NCBI GenBank assembly: GCA_965372335.1
Contig: CBDVBX010000002.1
Coordinates: 1-44,576 of the forward strand
Source of the DNA: an uncultured bacterium
GTDB taxonomy: Bacteria; Krumholzibacteriota; Krumholzibacteriia; WVZY01; JAKEHA01
DNA: 44,576 bases
Reading direction: 5' to 3'
The notes under the pieces are model-generated. The model did no database searches, was not told the DNA's origin, and saw only the letters and a list, made by a program, of their open reading frames with translations. Each line of letters begins with the position of its first letter. Positions within the stretch are counted from its first letter, which is position 1. The position numbers and the translations under genes were made by a program. Below, one piece after another: positions 39,146 to 44,576 of the stretch.

Positions 39146-39243
39146 CCTGGTACTCCTTCCATCCAACTATGGTGAATTGTTTTTGCCATTGGTAATATCG
39201 AGTCTGCTCTACACGGTGTCGCCACATTGAGGTGGGTCGAGCT

Positions 39244-39261
39244 TCGATAATTGTTTCACAA
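39244..39261. promoter_or_regulatory. Rex-like operator upstream of qmoC
   Basis: Minus strand TTGTGAA-ACAA-TTATCGA; 16 of 18 bases identical to the dsrT site. Confidence 0.6.
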
Positions 39262-39555
39262 AGTCGCCCGCTTGTACAGCCCGGACTGGGATCCGGGTCA
39301 GCTATCTCGATGGAGGCACACATGCCGGTCACGGCCCCCAGCCGAACCCGGTCAATCGAGAATGCGTTACTAACTATATGTATAATAGCAGGTTAGAATG
39401 TTCGCCATCGCAAGGAATTCGGGTACGAGCGGCGCGAGAAGCGGGCCGGATAACGGACTACAGCATCCGGAAATGAACTGTAACCAATTGTAATATATTG
39501 AGTTGCAACTATTCGGAAATCTCGTCGGTTTTCCGAAAAAATCACCATTTCTAGC

Positions 39556-39584
39556 TTGACACTTTTTTCACGAGCGGGTAATAT
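39556..39584 (+). promoter_or_regulatory. sat promoter with overlapping Rex-like site
   Basis: TTGACA (39556-61), 17 bp spacer, TAATAT (39579-84). 39556-39573 reads TCGTGAA-AAAA-GTGTCAA on the minus strand. Confidence 0.6.
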
Positions 39585-39717
39585 TGCTATTTGGTTGGAG
39601 TGGGTGAAAGAGACCTGCGGACGACTCTTCAGACGCCAAATTACTGTCATACGAAGAGGTTAAAGTGATCCTTTTGGCTCAAAGAAAAAGGGACCCAGAC
39701 GGTTGTGCCGCAGTGCT

Positions 39718-39735
39718 TTGTGAAAAAAGTAACAT
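39718..39735. promoter_or_regulatory. Second Rex-like site in the sat leader
   Basis: TTGTGAA-AAAA-GTAACAT. Confidence 0.45.
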
Positions 39736-39808
39736 ACTCGGGTTACAGCGATCGCCCCGCTCCGGTAAACCGTACTATCACCATCCATCACGATAGAAGG
39801 TGCAATAC

Positions 39809-41029
39809 ATGGCTGCATCAAAGCTGATCTCCCCCCACGGAAGCGCGACATTGAAAGTGCTACTTCTCGAGGGCAAGGAGAAAGATGAAGAACTGAAAAA
39901 GGCAGAGGGACTGCCGAAGGTCACGGTGACGTCTCGCGAAACCGGTGACCTCATCATGTTGGGTATCGGTGGCTTTACGCCGCTCGATGGGTTCATGGGA
40001 AAGGACGATTGGAAGGGCGTGTGCGAAGAGATGAAGATGACCAACGGTATCTTCTGGCCCATTCCGATTACGCTCTCCCACGACGAACAACTGGAACCTG
40101 GTACCGAAATCGCGCTCGTGGCCGACGAGACGGGTGAAACTATGGCCACCATGAAGGTGACCGAGTCTTACCAGATCGACAAGGAGTTCGAGTGCAAACA
40201 CGTATTCACGACGACGGACTCAGCCCACCCCGGCGTTCAGATGGTGATGGCCCAGAAAGACTGGAACATCGCCGGTCCGGTAAAGGTTCTTTCGGAGAGC
40301 ACGTTTCCGACGGAGTTCAAGGGCATTTACCAACGTCCCACGGAGAGCCGCAGGATTTTCGAAGAAAAGGGCTGGAAAACCATCGCAGCATTACAGCTGC
40401 GCAATCCGATGCACCGTTCTCACGAATACCTGGCCAAGATCGCGATCGAGGTGAGCGACGGTTTGTACATCCACCAGCTCGTCGGGAAACTCAAACCGGG
40501 CGACATACCCGCCGACGTTCGCGTCAACTGCATCAACACGCTTGTCGACAACTACTTCGACAGAGACCGCGTGGTCGCCGGCGGTTATCCGTTGGACATG
40601 CGCTACGCAGGTCCGCGTGAAGGTCTGCTGCACGGCGTGTTCCGCCAAAACTTTGGCTGCTCGCATATGATCATCGGGCGTGACCACGCCGGAGTAGGCG
40701 ACTACTACGGTCCGTTCGACGCACAGGACATCTATCACAGTCTTTGGGAGGGCGCATTGGAGTGCAAGATGCTGCCCATCGACTGGACGTTTTGGTGCTT
40801 CAAGTGCGGCGGCATGGCTTCGATGAAAACGTGCCCGCACGGTAAGGACGACCGTCTGTTTTTGAGCGGCACCGCCCTTCGGAAATCGCTGTCGGAAGCC
40901 GGCGAGATTCCTGCGGAGTTCAGCCGTCCCGAGGTTTTGGTAATTCTCCGCGAGTACTACTCGGGCTTGACGGAGAAGGTCGATGTTAAACTTCATGGTC
41001 ACGCGACGGGTGAGGCCAAGAAGAAGTAA
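39809..41029 (+). CDS. sat: Sulfate adenylyltransferase
   Basis: [42 protein letters not shown]; ATG 39809. Confidence 0.98.
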   Translation: MAASKLISPHGSATLKVLLLEGKEKDEELKKAEGLPKVTVTSRETGDLIMLGIGGFTPLDGFMGKDDWKGVCEEMKMTNGIFWPIPITLSHDEQLEPGTEIALVADETGETMATMKVTESYQIDKEFECKHVFTTTDSAHPGVQMVMAQKDWNIAGPVKVLSESTFPTEFKGIYQRPTESRRIFEEKGWKTIAALQLRNPMHRSHEYLAKIAIEVSDGLYIHQLVGKLKPGDIPADVRVNCINTLVDNYFDRDRVVAGGYPLDMRYAGPREGLLHGVFRQNFGCSHMIIGRDHAGVGDYYGPFDAQDIYHSLWEGALECKMLPIDWTFWCFKCGGMASMKTCPHGKDDRLFLSGTALRKSLSEAGEIPAEFSRPEVLVILREYYSGLTEKVDVKLHGHATGEAKKK

Positions 41030-41119
41030 TTTCATAGAAGTTCAGTAGGATATCGATTCAAACGGTAAGGTTAAAGTGTACGAAGGACAAAAGGTAATCT
41101 CTATATAAAGGAGGGGTTA

Positions 41120-41560
41120 ATGCCTAGCTTCGTAATCAAGGACAAATGCGACGGGTGCAAAGCGCTCGACAAGACGGCTTGCCAGTACGTCTGTCCAAAC
41201 GACCTCATGGTTCTCGACAAAGAACAAATGAAGGCGTTCAACCAAGAGCCAGAGATGTGTTGGGAATGCTACAGCTGCGTCAAGATCTGTCCTGTACAGG
41301 CGATCGAGGTCCGTGGCTATGCAGATTTCGTCCCCATGGGCGCCACCTGTACGCCGCTGCGCGCGACTGATTCCATCATGTGGACCATCAAGTTCCGCAA
41401 CGGCCTGCTCAAGCGCTTCAAGTTCCCGATTCGCACGACAGAAGAAGGGAAGGCTCAGCCTTCCGGCGGTTTTGAGACAGCCCATGATAACCTCAACGAC
41501 TTTACACTGGCTCAAGAGCCCGAAGCGTTGAGATTGTCCGAAGTTTTCACCATCAAATAA
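41120..41560 (+). CDS. aprB: APS reductase beta subunit
   Basis: KCDGCK...CQYVCPNDLM, CWECYSCVKICP, KRFKFPIRTT. Confidence 0.98.
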   Translation: MPSFVIKDKCDGCKALDKTACQYVCPNDLMVLDKEQMKAFNQEPEMCWECYSCVKICPVQAIEVRGYADFVPMGATCTPLRATDSIMWTIKFRNGLLKRFKFPIRTTEEGKAQPSGGFETAHDNLNDFTLAQEPEALRLSEVFTIK

Positions 41561-41582
41561 CCAGTAAGGAGGGAAGGTTAAG

Positions 41583-43508
41583 ATGGCTACGAAATTTGAG
41601 ACTGTTGAAGTAACCACCGACCTGCTGATTCTAGGTGGTGGGATGGCGGCCTGCGGTGCGGCTGTCGAAGCGGCGCACTGGGCCAAGAAAAATGGGTCAA
41701 AAATAACCATGGTTGACAAGGCCGCGATTGAGCGCTCCGGCGCCGTGGCGATGGGCCTGTCGGCTCTCAATCAGTATGTCGGCCTCCACGAAGGCAAGAA
41801 CACGATCAAGGATTACGTTGATTACGTTCGCATGGACCTCATGGGTGTGACCCGCGAGGACCTCGTGGCCAGCATCGCACGTCACGTGGACTCCACCGTC
41901 CACCTGTACGAGCGGTGGGGATTGCCGATTTGGAAAGACGAAGACGGCCGTTACGTCCACGAAGGACGCTGGCAGCTCATGATCAACGGCGAGTCGTACA
42001 AAGTCATCGTTGCCGAGGCCGCCAAGAACGCCCTGGCCGAAGCCGGCGGCGAGTACCTCGAGCGTGTGTTCATCACCGAACCACTGATGGATGGCGACCG
42101 GATCGCCGGCGCGATCGGCTTCAGCGTTCGTGAGAACAAGTTCTACGTCTTCAAGGCAAAGGCCACGATCGTTGCTATGGGCGGCGCGGTTCACGTGTTC
42201 AAACCGCGCAGCACGGGCGAAGGTCTGGGCCGCGCCTGGTATCCGCCGTGGAACTCCGGATCCAGCGCTTATTTCACGCTCCGCGCGGGTGCCGAGATGA
42301 CCAGCCAGGAAGTGCGTTTTATCCCCGTGCGCTTCAAGGACGCGTACGGACCGGTAGGTGCCTGGTTCTTGCTTTTCAAGGCGGCGGCCACCAACGCAAT
42401 GGGCGGCAACTACATGGTAGAGCGCCGCGACGAGCTGGAAAATTGGAAGCCGTACGGCCTGGTGAAGCCGGTTCCAGCCAACCTGCGTAACTGGCTCGGC
42501 ATGCTGGACATCTTGGAGGGCAAAGGGCCGATCTCCATGCGCACCGAAGAGGCTATCCAGAAGATAGCGTCCGAGGCGGGCGACGAAAAAGCGGCCAAGA
42601 AGAAGCTCAGAGAGCTGGAAGTCGAAGCGTGGGAAGACTTCCTCGACATGACCATCTCGCAGGCGCTTCTGTGGGCGGCGACCAACGTCGAGCCCGAGAA
42701 GCGGTCTTCGGAGATCGCCGCTGCCGAACCGTATTTCATCGGTTCGCACTCCGGTGCCTCCGGTGCGTGGGTCAGCGGTCCGGAAGATCTGCAGACCGAC
42801 GAGACCAGAAGCGAGTACTTCTGGGGCTACAGCCACATGGCGACCGTCAAGGGCATGTTCTGTGCCGGCGACGCAACTGGCGCCTCATCGCACAAGTTCT
42901 CGTCCGGTTCGCATGCCGAGGGCCGCATCGTCGGCAAGGCGGCAATCAAGTTCATCGCCGAGAACAACGATCAGCCCAACGTCGACGGAGCACAGGTCGA
43001 AGCGCTCAAAGAGCAGATGTTCAAACCGCTCGGGCTGTTCGAAGAGCATTCGGGCACGACGACGAATCCCGACATCAACCCGGAGTACATCCGGCCGAAG
43101 ATGTTCATGTTCCGTCTGCAGAAAATGATGGACGAGTACGTGGGCGGCGTTACGTCGCAGTTCACGACCAACGAAGCTTGTCTCAACAGGGCTCTGGAAC
43201 TGCTCGGCATGCTCAAGGAAGATTCCGAAAAGCTGGGCGCGGCAGACCTCCACGAGTTGATGCGCTGCTGGGAGAACATACAGCGTATGTGGCAGGCCGA
43301 AGCGCACACGCGGACCATTCTGTTCCGCGAAGAGACGCGCTGGCCGGGCTACTATCGCCGTGCGGACTTCCCGAAGATGGACGAGGACAACTGGCACTGC
43401 TTTGCCAACTGCCGCTGGGATCCCGCCAAAGACGAGTGGGAAATGATAAAGCGGCCGATGCTCCACGTCTTCCCGAAGCCGCAGGAACACGAGATGTTGG
43501 GAGGCTAA
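41583..43508 (+). CDS. aprA: APS reductase alpha subunit
   Basis: GGGMAACG, RSGAVAMGLSA, WQLMINGESYK, RFKDAYGPVGAWF, WEDFLDM, HKFSSGSH, REETRWPGYY. Confidence 0.99.
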   Translation: MATKFETVEVTTDLLILGGGMAACGAAVEAAHWAKKNGSKITMVDKAAIERSGAVAMGLSALNQYVGLHEGKNTIKDYVDYVRMDLMGVTREDLVASIARHVDSTVHLYERWGLPIWKDEDGRYVHEGRWQLMINGESYKVIVAEAAKNALAEAGGEYLERVFITEPLMDGDRIAGAIGFSVRENKFYVFKAKATIVAMGGAVHVFKPRSTGEGLGRAWYPPWNSGSSAYFTLRAGAEMTSQEVRFIPVRFKDAYGPVGAWFLLFKAAATNAMGGNYMVERRDELENWKPYGLVKPVPANLRNWLGMLDILEGKGPISMRTEEAIQKIASEAGDEKAAKKKLRELEVEAWEDFLDMTISQALLWAATNVEPEKRSSEIAAAEPYFIGSHSGASGAWVSGPEDLQTDETRSEYFWGYSHMATVKGMFCAGDATGASSHKFSSGSHAEGRIVGKAAIKFIAENNDQPNVDGAQVEALKEQMFKPLGLFEEHSGTTTNPDINPEYIRPKMFMFRLQKMMDEYVGGVTSQFTTNEACLNRALELLGMLKEDSEKLGAADLHELMRCWENIQRMWQAEAHTRTILFREETRWPGYYRRADFPKMDEDNWHCFANCRWDPAKDEWEMIKRPMLHVFPKPQEHEMLGG

Positions 43509-43556
43509 TTACGATTGCACCGTAGGAGAATCGAAGTGTCAATGCGGCGTTAACTG

Positions 43557-43591
43557 AATCCTCCGGACCCGGCTCGGGTCCGGAGGATTTT
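43557..43591 (+). terminator. Strong hairpin after aprA
   Basis: Perfect 15-bp stem AATCCTCCGGACCCG-gct-CGGGTCCGGAGGATT followed by TT. Confidence 0.75.
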
Positions 43592-43618
43592 AGTACGGGA
43601 GAGGATGGGAAGTAGAAC

Positions 43619-43894
43619 ATGAGCGAAAAATTGAAAAATTGTCCCCATTGCGGGGCTGAAATGGCCAAGTGGGCTTCTCCCGATGAGATGTTGTGGGGAG
43701 AAGAGGTTCAACTTGTATGTTTCAATGACGAGTGTCCTTATTACGTGAGGGGTTGGGAGTGGATGAGAGACAAATACCAACAGAAAGCATCGTACCGGTT
43801 CCGGTACAACCCGCGAAACGAAGAGCAGGGGCCGCTACCCGTGTGGTCGCCGATAGCTTTTAGGGATTGGATCGTTGAGGAGGAAGAACCATGA
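43619..43894 (+). CDS. Small Zn-ribbon-like protein
   Basis: CPHCG...CFNDECPYYVRGW, 91 aa, GAGGA RBS. Confidence 0.75.
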   Translation: MSEKLKNCPHCGAEMAKWASPDEMLWGEEVQLVCFNDECPYYVRGWEWMRDKYQQKASYRFRYNPRNEEQGPLPVWSPIAFRDWIVEEEEP

Positions 43895-44576
43895 AAGAGA
43901 TCGAGCGACTGAAAGAAGAAATCCTGAAAGACTATCCGAAGCTAACCAAAGACAGTTCATTCTCGTTCGCCTGCCATCCTGGCGTACCTTGTTTCAACGA
44001 TTGTTGTGCGGATGTCAATATCTTCTTGACTCCTTACGATATTATGAGGCTCAAGAACAATTTGGGGATGACGTCCGAGGAGTTCCTTTCCAGACACACC
44101 GTGTCCCCGTTCGACAAGAACCTGAAATACCCGGTCATTCTTCTTGCGATGAACGAAGACGAAAAGAAGAACTGTCCGTTTGTCGGTGAGGGAGGGTGCC
44201 AGGTTTATGAGGACCGTCCGTGGGCGTGCCGGATGTACCCTTTGGGATTGGGTTCACAGAAGGAAAGCGGCGACCAGGCGGACACCGATTTCTACTTCTT
44301 ACTGAAGGAGAGCGTCTGCAAAGGTCACAATGAAGGACACACGCAAACCGTGGCTCAGTGGCTGGATGACCAGAAAATCAACGAATACGACAAGATGGGG
44401 TATTACTTCAAGGAGCTCACGCTTCACGATTTTTTCCAGAAAGGCGAAAATCTGCCCATGAAGAAGATCGAGATGTTCTTCCTGGCCAGTTACAATTTGG
44501 ATAAATTTCGTGAATTCGTGTTCGATAGCACGTTTCTCGACAAGTTCGAGGTCGACAACGAAACCCGTGAAAAAAT
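43891..44576 (+). CDS. YkgJ family Cys-cluster (Zn/Fe-chelating) protein, truncated by the window edge
   Basis: ATGA overlap with the previous gene; MKEIERLKEE..FACHPGVPCFNDCC..LTPYDIMRL..CPFV..GCQVYEDRPWACRMYPLG. Confidence 0.85.
   Translation, partial: MKEIERLKEEILKDYPKLTKDSSFSFACHPGVPCFNDCCADVNIFLTPYDIMRLKNNLGMTSEEFLSRHTVSPFDKNLKYPVILLAMNEDEKKNCPFVGEGGCQVYEDRPWACRMYPLGLGSQKESGDQADTDFYFLLKESVCKGHNEGHTQTVAQWLDDQKINEYDKMGYYFKELTLHDFFQKGENLPMKKIEMFFLASYNLDKFREFVFDSTFLDKFEVDNETREK

Noticed and set aside
39306-39396. 24-codon ORF (39322..39396, MPVTAPSR...) whose RBS region CTCGATGGAGGCAC is identical to 14 bp before rrf2 (16005-16018)
   Set aside because: A 14-bp match containing an RBS can occur by chance in 45 kb, and the peptide has no recognisable features. 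Ribosome profiling would be needed.
17032-42836. Long antisense ORFs (17032..18270, 25578..26642, 41697..42836 and similar)
   Set aside because: They lie opposite well-conserved genes, which is expected from codon bias in GC-rich DNA.
1-44576. CRISPR arrays, tRNA/rRNA genes, transposases, integrases
   Set aside because: None recognised by eye, so island mobility is inferred only from the gene remnant and gene order.

Overview
This window is dominated by a nearly complete dissimilatory sulfate-reduction supercluster. It holds qmoAB (left edge, minus strand), dsrABD-dsrN-dsrL-dsrC-dsrT-dsrMKJOP, a CoA-disulfide/persulfide reductase-rhodanese gene, siroheme genes (hemA, sirC-like, cobA-hemD), an isolated qmoC, and sat-aprBA followed by two Cys-rich accessory genes. 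A ~9.6 kb block of nadE-like and five polytopic GT-C-like genes separates qmoAB from the rest. A remnant of a T9SS/FlgD-type C-terminal sorting domain sits at that junction and hints at an FCB-superphylum candidate-phylum host (inference). The most unusual element lies just upstream of dsrA: Rrf2 regulator, a NarI-like membrane anchor keeping only one heme-ligand pair, a DsrK/TmcB/HmcF-type Fe-S enzyme fused to an intact response-regulator receiver, and a soluble Cys-PAS histidine kinase. A divergent unit encodes a YeiH-type exporter, a small membrane protein and a ferritin-like protein. Six Rex-like operators precede the sulfur operons. All calls come from motif reading only; no database searches were run.
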